NCBI GenBank assembly: GCA_051294905.1
Contig: CM119373.1
Location: forward strand, 3,908,001-3,972,000
Source of the DNA: Botryllus schlosseri
Taxonomy: Eukaryota
Direction of reading: 5' to 3'
Length of the DNA stretch: 64,000 nucleotides
Shown: positions 13,878 to 26,530 of the stretch, in pieces
How the letters are laid out: each line of letters starts with the position of its first letter
Numbering within the stretch: the first letter of the stretch is position 1
Program-made: the position numbers and the translations under genes
The notes under the pieces: model-generated
Databases searched by the model: none
Told to the model about the DNA's origin: nothing
Seen by the model: only the letters and a program-made list of their open reading frames with translations

Positions 13878-15629
13878 ACTATACTATGGGTAAAAGGCAT
13901 TAAAGTCAGGTGTAACTGTGACAGCAATAATGTTCATGATCTTTATGTTCTTGGACGCATTCGTTGTCCGTCATTTTCTTACGTAATATGCGTCCATCGT
14001 CGTTTTAAAACACCTCTTGGACACTCGACAGATAGACTAGGCCTACCATCTAACTATTTCTTCGATATTGCCGCGAAGACAACTCCACACCGCTCTTAGA
14101 GAGGTCTTGAGGGCAGGCCGCAGGTGAGCCGCTGTCCGATAGCCTGTGTTAAAGACTGTTCCGAACTAGCAATGTTCAGGCAGCCTTTTCAGTGCTGCGA
14201 CAAAGACACCAACAGTGTCAGCCAGTGTTGGGATGACTCGAGTCAGACTCGAGTCACCTTTTTTTAATGACTTGACTTGACTCGAGTCACTTTGATAAAA
14301 TGACTTGACTTGACTTGACTCGGCGTATCAGAAACATGGATTGACTCGTGACTCGGAGCAAAATTCACGAGTCAATTTCAAGTCATCAAGTAATCGGTGT
14401 CGATTTGAATCACTGAATCTTGCATATGTTCGGATTGTTCGCGAAACGCTGGTGTAGCCGTGAGCGCGACCAGTCATTTAATGATCGTGTGTTCGCTCAC
14501 AAATAAATTGAACGCAAACGAAGTGATCGAAGCTTACAGCTAATGTTGTTGTAAACTAGTATGGTAAAGTAATTAATGTATGTTTTTACCTTAACCAAAC
14601 CTCTTGTTTTATTGAAATTGAATTCAAATATAGTTTATATAGTCCTCAACCATTGGCACAGGCTCGAATTGCATCATATCGATTTGTAAATGGGTAATGT
14701 ATTGCATCCTATCAATTCGTCTCTATTCTCTATTTTGGCTGCATGGCAGTGGCGGCTCGTCCTATAGGGCAACTGGGGCATTGCCCCACCTAAAATTCTG
14801 TTCAATAACAATTCTTTACCATTTATAGACGCACGCCAATCTATATATACCGAAATCACAGCGAAAATGGTATTCTTCTTGTCCTTTCGCTTGTAAATGC
14901 CCATATATAGCGAAGTCTCTGCGAAAATCGAATTCTCTTCTGTGTTTTCGCTTTGCGAATGCCTAGCCGGGGCATGCCCCGGTAGCGCTCATAACAAGCT
15001 TTCACTGTCTATTCTCTCAAAGCCGCGCACAATAAAGAAACGGTGATTTACTCCCTCCTATTCATAAAATTACCGAGCAACCGGGGCACAATAGCTCTGT
15101 GCCCCTAAGGTGTGATGTAACAATCGTATCTATAGCTGAACTCGGTTACCGTCATATGCGTTTAGTCGACCTTTGCTTAGAATTCTGATGCGGCGTTTTA
15201 ACACTGGCACTGTACTCGTTAACATAAGCCATACAGCTCAATTCAATCTTTAAATGTGCGATTCTTATTCAACTGTAACTGTAGTAAGAGCAATATGGGC
15301 GGATATCACGACGTTTTCAATAGAAATTCGAGTTGTATCAAATGGCAAATGGAGTGAATCAACGATCATGCGCAGTAATGAATTCCAATTAGCATGTCTG
15401 ATTGCATACTTAATAACACTGTCCAATTCCACGGCCCGATCAAAGAACTATCACGAAAGAACGAGTATTTGCTCAGTCGATTCATAGCAACGATGAGATG
15501 GTATTTCACGGCTCGTGCTCGTCATATCGACATGTGCAACGAAATCACGTATTATCCTGCCTCCCATTTCGCGTAAAACGTAGTGATCACTGATCATTAT
15601 TTTCGAACCGTACAATTGGCCAACAAGGT

Positions 15630-15860
15630 TATATGCTGATGATGAAATTGCGGGAATGCCGAATACCCACAATATTCACAGGCATATTTCGCATATCTCG
15701 GCACTCATGTACGAACATTGAACATATGACTGCTCTGCTGGTAAATCCCCAGGAATATGGTTGGTCGGAAAACGTAGCGTCAAAGAAGAAAAGATTCTTA
15801 ATTTCGCGAAGGCCTGCTGTTGAATTATGTGAACTCAGCAGATATGGTTGTTTCATATAA
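15630..15860 (+). pseudogene. Possible Academ-like transposase C-terminal remnant
   Basis: ALLVNPQEYGWSEN..RPAVELCELSRYGC resembles the P..YGW...P...EL..CGC tail of Academ transposases. Recognised from memory, and the sequence is degenerate. Confidence 0.35.
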
Positions 15861-15879
15861 TAGCATCTTATGAAATACG

Positions 15880-16041
15880 TCGGAGCCGGAGCTACCCCTC
15901 AAATAAACTGGCTCCAGCTCTGGCACCGGCTCCGGCTCCGGCTGAATTTTATGTAGAGCTCCGGCTCTGGCTCCAGCTCCGGTAAAAATGCACGACTCCG
16001 GGGCTCCGACTCCGGGCTCCGGCTCCGGCTCCAAAGCCCTG
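15880..16041. repeat. GGCTCC-repeat MITE fragment
   Basis: Tandem GGCTCC/GGAGCC hexamers ending in AAAGCCCTG. This is the source of the spurious PEPEP ORF. Confidence 0.7.
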
Positions 16042-16272
16042 CTTTGAAGACGGCTCAACAATTTCGTGGGGCCGACAGAAAAATTCGAAAATTTTTTTTT
16101 AGATTTTTCCTAATAAATTAAAATTTTTAATTGGATCTGCGGAGTCGGATACTTGTTAGAATTGAATCAAATTTGGTGTGCAGCGTTTTTTAGGGTAACC
16201 TGACAATGTAATCGGTGAAGGTCTTGAATCCGAGGGAAAAAGTTATTCTTGAACAGCCCTGGCACTATATAG

Positions 16273-16698
16273 CAGAGATGAGCGGATTTGAAATTTCTAT
16301 GTCCTAATCCAATCCAAATCCGAACCTTCAAATCCAAGTCCAAATCCTAATCCATAACTTTTTCATATTCAAGTCCATGTCCAATCCTAATCCGATTCCA
16401 ACTGGAAATTCAGAAAAAAACTAATTTATGCAATGGAGGGATTCGAAAATTTTCTTTTACAACCAACGATTCACTTGATTCAGGATAACCTAGTAACCAT
16501 AAGTACATTAATAACTGATTTGAATAAAGTTTGTCGCCATTCGCCACACGACATTTCAATCTCCCAGAAAATAGATAAATCCAATCCAAATCCTAATCCG
16601 TTCTGAAAAAAATGTCTAATCCAAATCCAATCCAAATCCGACAAAATTTCACAAATCCTGTTTTTTCAAAACCTAATCCTAATCCATGCTCATCTCTG
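16273..16698. mobile_element. hAT-type MITE with AATCC repeats
   Basis: TIR CAGAGATGAGC / GCTCATCTCTG; perfect TSD CTATATAG. Confidence 0.88.
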
Positions 16699-16730
16699 CT
16701 ATATAGGCATGTTAAAATATATTATGAATT

Positions 16731-19235
16731 CAGAGGTGGTCAAAGTAGTCAAGAAAGCTACTCAAGTAGAAGCAGAAGTAGCGAAGAAAAAACTACTCAA
16801 GTACGAGTAGAAGTACTTCTTCAATAAGCCGCCTAAAACTACTTGAAGTAGCAGTAGAATTGACCGACTTTAAATCTACTCAAGAAAGTAAGTAATTTTG
16901 AAAACAGTCTTAATTTGTTCGCATGGTCTGTAAAAAGCTGCAAATTGAGCTGTGCAGAAGGTGCAGATAGCTTGATTCGTATATATGCATCCCAGGAGGT
17001 GTCAATTTTCGACAGAATAAGCGTTCTTTCGCATCATGGGATGCAACTTATAGTATTGCTGTGAAAATGCGATACTAACCTTTTGTTTACTATAAGAACC
17101 CGCTTTAGAGAATATCATGGCATGGCGCCTTACCCTATACTATAAGGCCTGTTAATAACAAATATTGTGGATCGCAAAATTTGTATTTAGTGTAGCTATA
17201 ATTTCGGAAAATAGAGGCATTTGCTTTTATGCTTCAACATGTATGTTCTGCAGACAAAAGAACTAAAAGTAATTAGAACTCAAAGTGTGATACTCGCAAT
17301 TGAAAGTAAAATACAAATATCAATTCTAACAAGCGGAAAATATATTCCATGTCTTTTGTCCATGAACAGGCCGTGTTATTTTTGGCATTTCAGGAGCCAG
17401 ATGCCAAAACTGCCAAAAATAAAAATTTGAAAATGACAAAAATAACACGGCCTGCCAATAGTGTATTCCGTTCATGGTGTTGTGTTAACAGGACCGCATT
17501 ACAAGCGAGAAGATCGTGTGTGAAGGGCAGGTTTCTTACTGTATGGGTCCAGCCCACCACTTAGGGGTGAAAGCATGGTGTCCTAAATGGTGTGGGCACA
17601 GCGAGATTGAACGGCAGACTGCTTTTGGTTTACTTCATACTTTCCATTTGTCCAAAGGCAATTTAACGGCCATTTTTGACCGGCTTTCCGAGCGCTAAAT
17701 TTGATAAAACGGGTATCAATGGAAAGCTGCCGTTGTACTGTCTGCTCATGGATCTGGATCCCCCAAATTCAACCACGATTTTTGCATTGTGATCGAATTG
17801 AACATTATGACGCATCAAACAGTCTGGCTATGTCTGAGCTGTAGTCTCGTTTTGCCAGACAGTCTTGTTGTGTTAATGTGCTAATGTGTTAATGTGCTAT
17901 CTTCCCAGGACTCTTCTATGTGAGTTGGTAATATTAAAGCCATCTGACGTGACAAAATTCCTCCTAAAATATATCGGTAGACTGATGGAGATGGGATGGT
18001 CGGGCTACAAAATAGAATATGTTGAGAGACAACACAGGGAACTCCTGCAAAAGTATCGGGAAGAAAATTCTTTCCGCGATGAGATCGATGGCACTAGCGC
18101 AGCGATCTCTTTTCATGATGCTTGGAAGCCGGTTCGGCCCTCTGAAAATTTTGAAGCTACGAAAACCTTTTGTGGAGGACTGGCAACATTCTTTCCCTCA
18201 ACGGTTACTGTTGCAGCCGATAATTCCCAGATTCGTTGGGCGAAAAATGAATTCAGACCTGAGTTTGGAAGCACTGTTACAGTGCAAACAATTTAAGTCT
18301 ATTCAAAAGCTGCAACAATCAGGTGTTGAGCGTGTTTGTTAGGCTTCTCATTCTTTTTCTTATCGGCACCGATTCCGAGTGGATACTGCACATTTTGTGG
18401 TATTCGTTTGATATTATTAACCTATGTAATCGCTAGGCTTTTTCTTCTTGTTATTGTTTGTTGGTACTGATTATAAGTGGTTGCTGCACATTTTTTGGTC
18501 TTTTTTGATAAACTAGCCGAAACAAAGCGTTTTTATGACGAGTTCGAGTCTGAAGCTATCTATTTTGAGGTCGATGCCAAAACTGCCAAAAATAAAAATT
18601 GAAAAATGCCAAAAATAAGCAAGTTTTGGCATATGCCAAAAATAACACGGCCTGTCCATGAAGCTTCAAAGGTGATCTGCTAAACAGGTGTTCAAAAAGC
18701 GTTCAAAACGTTCAAAAAGCCGGGTTTTTCAGATTAACAGGACACTTCTTGGGCTGTTAGATTACGATATGATGGGTAATTGCTAGATTGCGAAACGGTA
18801 GTCTGAAACGTTATGATGGGCCATATTTACTATGATGAAATATTTGATATGGGCGACAGTGCGGTGTGAGCGTAATCAAGCAATCCGGTACCTAAATTAT
18901 ATTCACTGATACTTTCGTGGAAACGTATTTTTCACCCCATAACTACCGTGCGCCATGCGCAACAAAATTTCTGGGCATTACTTGACTTTTAGGAATATTA
19001 AATGTTGGTACTCCGTGAAAACAGCCCCGAAATTCAACAGGCTATCTTTCGAATTGGGGAATTAAACTACTTCCACTTGACAAACTGAAAATAGCGAAAA
19101 TTAAGTAAGTTGATCACAAAATATTATAAAGTAGAAGTAGAGAAAATCAGATTTACTTGAGTAAGGACCAGAAGTAGAGTAAAACTACTTGAGTACTTTC
19201 AAAAAGTAAAAGTACTTCGTTAATGACCACGTCTG
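16731..19235. mobile_element. hAT-type element with AGTA/TACT-rich ends (second copy at ~57251-58477)
   Basis: Ends CAGAGGTGGTCA / TGACCACGTCTG. Colinear with the copy at ~57251-58477 except for the insertion at 17367-18654. Confidence 0.8.
17367..18654 (+). mobile_element. hAT element carrying a frameshifted transposase C-terminal remnant (17886-18342)
   Basis: TIR CAGGCCGTGTTATTTTTGGCA, perfect TSD TCCATGAA. The remnant reads FCGGLATFFPSTVTVAADNSQIRWAKNEFR / DLSLEALLQCKQF. Confidence 0.85.
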
Positions 19236-20588
19236 ATTATGATGCCACGTTACATCAGCCTTCACCATGTCAATATTCCTGATCTGCACTCCGCTAATAA
19301 AATCGGTATATCGCACGCCCGTGTTCGAGGCTACACATTTCCGTGTCAATAATAAATTTTAATATGCTTCTATAGCTTCTCCTCCATACGAAAATACGAA
19401 TATGAATTATCTTTACGTCATATTCGATCGATATCAAATTTTTCAACTTGAGTAACTTCAATGACCAAGCTTACTGCGTTGTTTGCAAGGTGCAAAAACA
19501 TAAGCTTCTCGACATCGTCGACACACATCAAATCACTGATGCCGATATCGTATGCCGTTGAAAGCTGAGACGTGAATCCCGTCGTTTACGGGACATGCTG
19601 AATAACTAAAGGTATCTTGATGAGAAAGATGCTCATAATTATGCAATTTTACTCAACCATTTGTATCTTGTAACCATGCACATAAAGACACTTGTGAATA
19701 CATAGTCAGGGGTAGTCAGTCACTCATGGTTGATCAGAATCGAATCACCGCCGATTCTAATCAGAGTCTAATTTCCAGGAAGAAAAAGAATCGAATCAAT
19801 TCTCTATTTTAATTTGGTATTTATTATCTTAACTTTAATACTGTTGAACACGTGAACGCGCATCTATCCAATTCCTAACAAATGTACTTGTACATGTACA
19901 GTCATCAATATTTCGATGGTTGTGGAATACCATCATTATATTCTCTCGCAGTATTGATATGCTCGGTAGGGCCAATTTTGTAAATTTTACCATCTTCACA
20001 AAATTTGCCACGTTTTTCTTATGTCGGACGCATTCTCGACCACCTATTCCTAGCCAATATATTTTATCTCGAGTATATTAACTTTTCACTGGTGCTTGCG
20101 TGAAGCAAGCTCGGTCTTTCTAAAAGAACGCTAACAACTGACAACAAAGCTGACCTCTAATCTCTGCGTTGATGATACGATCAAATGAGAATTTCTCCAG
20201 AATTCCTACCTAAGTGTTGGAGGTTTATCTAGGCTCCTGCTCGTCATCTCATCCGTGTAAGCGGTGTCCTACAAAAACCTAAGTGTGCGGTACTACAAGT
20301 AGGCTGCTACGGAATAAAAATGAAAAATATCGGCCTGGTTTCAATGACCACAGTAGTCGACGAACACCATGAATACAACAAACAAACCAAATGAATTAGT
20401 ATATGGACTCAATCTACATCTACCGATTGAGGAGGAATATGGCAAAGTGTCATTATCGTCGTGTATATTGCAGTAGATCCGATATATAGCATCAAGTCCA
20501 TTATAAAAGTTTATTGTTGTTCATAAATATTAGACATCAATAGACTGATAGTAATTTCTTTGTAAATTGAAACTGTGGTCGAATAAAT

Positions 20589-22988
20589 CTAATCCACATT
20601 TAATGGTCCCCCCATAACATGTGTCTTCCCATTCAATGCACCGTAGTCTATTGCTTGTAAATGTAGCTTTATCGCTTTTACTAGCGCCGCCGCCTCTTCA
20701 ATTGACATAGCGCCTTGACTATGTGACATAGATGGTTTCTGCATCGGCACAGGATGTGATGGCGTAGCGTGAAGCTCTAGCCCACTCCCATGTAAATGAG
20801 TCATGTGGAGTGAGGTGTCTCGCTGACATCGGCTGGGTAGACCCAAGTTCTCGAACAGTGTCCGTCCCATCAATCGCAGTTGCGGATCGTCTTCAAATAT
20901 TCTCCGAACTTGATCTGAAAATTAACTTAAAATAAATATCACGAGGCATAACATTTGACATACGCATACTTAACATTTCCCTACTTAAAGTTAATTGACA
21001 CTTTAGCGTGGCGTCTTAACCAGGGGTTGTGCCATACGGCAACGAAGCATAGTCTAGGCTAGGGTCTAAATATTCTGCGTCAGGATGCAGGACGCTTCCA
21101 AGTCCATTTCCTTAAAACACTTACTGTTATCATGGATTGCACTCTTCAACTGTTCAAATGCTTCCTCAGAACTTATTGCAACGATAAATTCTCGCTTTAA
21201 TTCGTTGTACGCACTTCTGTCAATTATTGACCACTGCGCGTCACACCCATCTAGCGTCGCCAGCTTTCGGTACAGTACGACGTTTACCTTTCCAGGATCG
21301 GCCGCGGTTGCCAGACGATGTCGTATGCTACTCTGTGAAATGAAAGAGTAGCAACATATTGAAACATGGCGATAACCAGTGTTCGACGTTGGCGAATACA
21401 TTCTAAATTTATACGAATGCGTATTGACATAGCACGTTTATTGTAAGTCGCTAAGTTAAATGTTCCTGCATCAAATAAATTCGCATCGTCACAATTTCTG
21501 TCTCTCGGTATGGTGCAATCGTTCGCACAACCTAGCCATTCTTAGAAATAGAAAGACATACAAAAACTGCTGTTTGCTATACTATAGTAAAACTATTGGA
21601 TATGAGGAGGAGCAATCATTCAAATTAAACCTATCGTAGTTCGCATCGACTGTAAGGTTAGCGTTGCACTCACCTGGAAGGTCTTTTGGTGCGCTCTGGT
21701 ATAATAGGGGAATATCATGGAAATATTGCGATATATTTCGCTATTTCGTAGTGCCGCGCAATTCGCCATTTTGAACGCGAGGAAGATGGCAACATCGTAA
21801 CTTCCAGGATGACGAGACAGAGGATTCACTGCCGCCATCGCAGCTGCAGGACCCAAAATGATGTTAAGAATGTTGTTCTCGTCCAACTCCACGGAAATAC
21901 GACTTTTGTATCTTCTTTTCGTTCCTCCTCTATAACAAAAACGCGAATTATCGATAATGGAACTGACATATGCACAGGATAGTAGACGTAGATACAAAAA
22001 TAAGAGTGATTACAGTCAGATATTGAGTATAATGTAACGATTCGTCGCTACAATATTAGTTTACTAAACATTGTGATGGATAACCCCGACAGTATCAAAG
22101 CTCCATTTGTAAGCTACGCAACTTGTTGAAATGAAAATTGTTAAATGGCACCAATCATATATGTCTTTGTCTGCGGCGTTGTTCAAGTCAATGTTATAAT
22201 GATATAGGTAATCAAATATGTCTTACAAAATTCTCTTTGTGTTATCCTTCACAACGTTCAAAGAATTCCAACTTACTTAGTCCTGGAATTCATACTCTCA
22301 TTCGCCTTTCGTCGAAGATCAGAGAAAGAATACGATTTCCAACCAATCCTGTCGAGGAGGATTCGCAAATTTTCGGGGGATTGGGGGCCAATTTCTGGAT
22401 GCAAAATACGTGTGATGCCGTTGTGTTGCGATTCAAAAACATTGTACGCAACTTCGACGTCTGGCGCGCCACGGGATTTATCATGGTTTTGATTCTGGAG
22501 TAGGAATCGGTTGGGGGCGATGAAATGACGTTCATTCTGCAAATATTGCGGTTGTACTGGGACAGACATTTCTAGTTCACACACGGGATCGCAGTTTCCG
22601 AGAATTTGATCTTGCTCCGGATGGAAGTATCTGGAATATAAAAATAAAGGTCCATGCTCTGAACAACATCATTCAAGACAAAATTCCACGATACAAAGTC
22701 AATCAGCGAGGCACGATAACAAACTAGTTTTACGTAGGGTTCCAGTGGAATCGAAATCACAAAGTTTTGTAATGCTTACCGGAAATTTGTTGCGGTATTT
22801 TGCCAACTAGACAGTGGCGCGGTGTTTTCCACATGTCTCTTTTTGCGTGGTGGTGTCGGCAAAGAGCTTGTGACAATCTCTGAGTAAAGTTCATTGACAA
22901 AATTCACGGCATCTTCATCGCTCCAGCGACATGCGGTCGGGTGTTGTAAGTCGGCGAATTGGTTTCTTTGGTGAAAGCCGCTGCGTTG
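20589..22988 (-). CDS. Divergent forkhead-box (Fox) transcription factor, ~450 aa; first exon uncertain
   Basis: Five phase-consistent GT-AG exons (22780-22988, 22277-22630, 21674-21929, 21125-21332, 20589-20914; 1353 nt, no internal stop). Forkhead domain RHPGSYDVAIFLAFKMANCAALRNSEIYRNISMIFPYYTRAHQKTFQ|SSIRHRLA...QWSIID versus consensus KPPYSY..LI..AI......LTLSEIY..I...FPYY......WQNSIRHNLS...W.LD, with a phase-0 intron at the WQ|NSIRH position. NLS-like PPRKKR. A possible ATG micro-exon lies at 23056-23061 (MS). Confidence 0.85.
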
Positions 22989-23314
22989 CTGTAAAATGAC
23001 GAAATATGTTATGAATATGTACCAGGTAGCCTATATAATTGATGGACCATGTTACTGACATTTTATTTTAAAATTCGGGGTAATTCACTAGATATTTATA
23101 TTGTTAGGAGAATTTGTGGTTATTCCCATGACGCTATCCGTTTAAATATAAAATCTCACGCGATCATTACTTCTACTTGAATTTCCTATTCGAATGCTAT
23201 TATATCGTAAATGACCTTTCTAAATTTTTCAATGCCAGTACCATTTCCTAAATTCGAATACGTATAACTTTCTGTTGTGCGAATTCGGGTGACATTACCT
23301 TACGTATAGTTTGC

Positions 23315-26300
23315 TCACATGCGTATCGGCAATGATATTTGCTCTGTTATGTTTGACCCGATATAGACTTTCGCAATGATAGGCTCAGTTGATATAGATA
23401 TAATTCCACTACTTTGGAGGATAGATATACAATGCGGCAATGCTCTGAAATTTAGTTCTTCAAATAATACTAAGGCGATATAGTGGAGCAAATATCTGAT
23501 GTCTTGGTCAAGACAAATACAGTAAATCTTATAACGACCTACCTCGGAATCCCGCACTACTTGCTCAAGAATATCTGGACATCTTTGGCGTTTCATACTG
23601 CACTGCTGCCTTCGTCAAGTAGTACGTAAAATCAAATGACTCAAATACAAATGTAATGGGTTTTAAATCCACCTTATCGCGGGTCAATTTGATTGGATTC
23701 TTGAAATTTCTCTCTCTTGCATACAATAGTCGATACATTTTGTTGGCTGGTGCAACAACTTGTAATTAGGAGATAAGGGTCCGTCTACTGCGTTACCTGA
23801 TATAACTTGATAGATAATTCCTCTAGATTAATGGCCAATTAGGCGAAGGTATATCAATAGTCTTACTCAGCGACACAAGTTCAATTAAGGTGATTTCATC
23901 ACAACATCCATTGCAATAATACATTTATGATAACTCGAAGACTCTTTGATACTTCTTTTCAATTGTAATCGGAATAATAAAGGGATTCAAATATATTCCA
24001 AAATAAAATATTGGCCTATTAGTCGAATGTATCAATCGTTTGATCCTGCGCATCAAAGTCAAATAAGGAGCTTTGATCACAACATCCATTGCACTAACAC
24101 ATTGGTGATAATTCGAAGACTCTTGGGTGCTTCTGATCAAGAGTTATTGGCACAATAAAGTTCTTCAAACATATTGAAAAAGTTAAATTGGGAATTGAGG
24201 CGGGAATTTTGAAATTACCATTGAAGATGTAAGTTAGAAATCGTGTCTCTGTGCCAATTGGTATGCAAATTAATGCCATGTTCATTTTACAGATACGTAG
24301 GAACGTCACATATTAGCCGATCTGGTCGATCCTACGAAATTATTCGATACTCAGCGCCTATTGGAACCTATTTCATGGCTTCGAAACAACTGTCACGTTT
24401 CGTGATATAGTGTGCGGCTACATAGAAAGTAGATCAAAATTGATGAACAGCATCATTCGATATTCCCGCGGATTTCTCGTCACGACAATACTAAGCACGA
24501 CAATTTTCCAGTATATTAATTCTACCGGAATATTGACACTTGAAAACTAAATCAAAGAAAGGTCTCTGTACTACTACGGTCACAATCCGACAGTGCTTTT
24601 CGACAGCTGCGTAGTATATTCTTTGGTCGACACTTTGACCGTTGAATGCTCCAGTGATGTGCGTTTGGGGGAATCAAGTGAGGCAGGGCCTCATCTGTCG
24701 TCAGGATGAGTAAATGAAAATTGCGGAGATCTCCGATGATGATTGGCATTTCCTATTGTTCATGAATCACTAAATTTTGAACATTTTTACACCCAATATA
24801 AAGCGAATTTGGATATTTTTTTTACATATTGCGTGAAGGAGACGTGGGCATGGAGGAAACAAATACGAAGTAAGCCTCAACTGTGATAGCGCAATTACTC
24901 ATAAAATCGCGGAATTTATATTAACTGGTATTAATGGAATGCTACCGCCTCACTGATTACAGAAATCGGAATATTGATAGTTCTGGAGCATCAATATCCC
25001 TCGAAATCGCTAGGACTGTGGAATTCAGCGGAGAGAAACAACATCCCAGTAAGGCACAGAGTAATTTGCATCGGTGATTGTTGGTTCAACAATGGCAGAT
25101 CAGTGAAAGAATGCTCTGTCGCAGTGCCTTTCAACCTGTGTGACGTTTCGCACTTGTGCGAATGAAAAAAAATTGCAGTGCCAATGACTAAGGTGGTGCG
25201 AATGAAAATCTGGATCAAGTGCGAATGAAAAGCGTGATTAATTGCTAATTTTTTTCTGACGTAGGATAATTCAAATAAACCTAATAGAAAAGCTAAGGTC
25301 TGTGTAACTTTTGTAGTTGCGACGCAATTGTAAAAAATTGCAAAAAATCGTGCGACAGTTTTTAAATATCCAAGGTCACGGTGCTGGGTACTGTAGCATA
25401 TAAGTGAGACACGAAGAAAATATGGCTTTATCATGAGAATTATTCATGATAAGATTTTTCCGACTGTTTTTGTTTTCTGGAAAACATGAACAAAGACCGT
25501 TGGGATGAACTAGTATAGGGGTGTGCAACGAGCGAATTCAAGCCTATGAGACTCAGCCATTTCGAGGTCCACTCCTTCTGCGTCGGGGAACATGAAGACG
25601 TAATGTTTTGGCCAACAAACCACTGATAACATGCGATGCCAAAACATAAGCGGCGACAAAACCTTGGTCTAAGAATGGCCTATGCTGGATGGACAAACCT
25701 TTCGATATGGATATGCTCTGTTGTCGCGTTGTCGGCACGGAATAGTCCCGTTCTTGCAATCTCATTAGACGGTATAGTATAACTGTGACACGTGGAGGAA
25801 TTTAATACGCCTCCATTTGAAATCGCGTGCTTCATACTAATCATACATGTTTTGTAGAGCTGTGTTCGGTAGAATTGTGGTGTGCATAACGTCATACATG
25901 TCCGTAAAATCGTAGCATACAGCTGTAATATTAAAAGTAAATTCATTTTCATTTGTGAGGCTGAGGTCGCGAGATGCCACAAAGATTTTGGCGGTATTCT
26001 AAAAGCTGCTTGAGCGTTATTAAACTGTTATGAATTCTCATGTTAAATTGAGGTAAAGAGCAGAACACACAGTATCGTGAATTTATTTGCTTCTCTCATA
26101 TCCTCTCCATACAGAAGTTGGAGGAACGTATCACAAGGTAGTGAGCTCCAATGTATGCCTACTCTCGTTTTGCACCGTATGTTCCATGACATAAGGCAAA
26201 AGCCTCAACACAAACATGTACGTTTTTCCCCTGTCGACAAACTGGAGCCTCCGGGACCTTTGTGTTAGTTCCCAAAAACGATTTCTGCCAGCAAGCATTT

Positions 26301-26530
26301 TCACTCGCGAAAAATACTCAGTATTTTGGATGGGAGTGCAGAACAGATATTAAGACCTGGCCATCCAAGCACTAGTGGACGTTCTTGTACAAAAACCAAA
26401 AACATTATTTGACCGATAAAGGTTTTAGTGAAATAGTTGGAATCAAAACGAGCGAAAGAATTGCCTTTTTTATGAGACTCGTGATAGCTTAAGCTACATA
26501 GTAGCCAATTTGTTGCACATCTGAACCACA
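23315..26530 (-). pseudogene. Decayed NACHT/LRR (NLR-like) gene
   Basis: Broken reading frames contain, in the expected order: AKIFVASR (sensor-like), KHYVFMFPDAEGVDL, FHSHLIQIF (winged-helix-like F.HL..QEF), IIGDLRNFHLLI, then LRR-like units NMFEELYC.., NIFESLYY.., NLEELSI.., LFEELNF.. with a direct ~178-bp duplication (23901/24079). Many stops and frameshifts; no clear Walker A seen. Confidence 0.35.
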
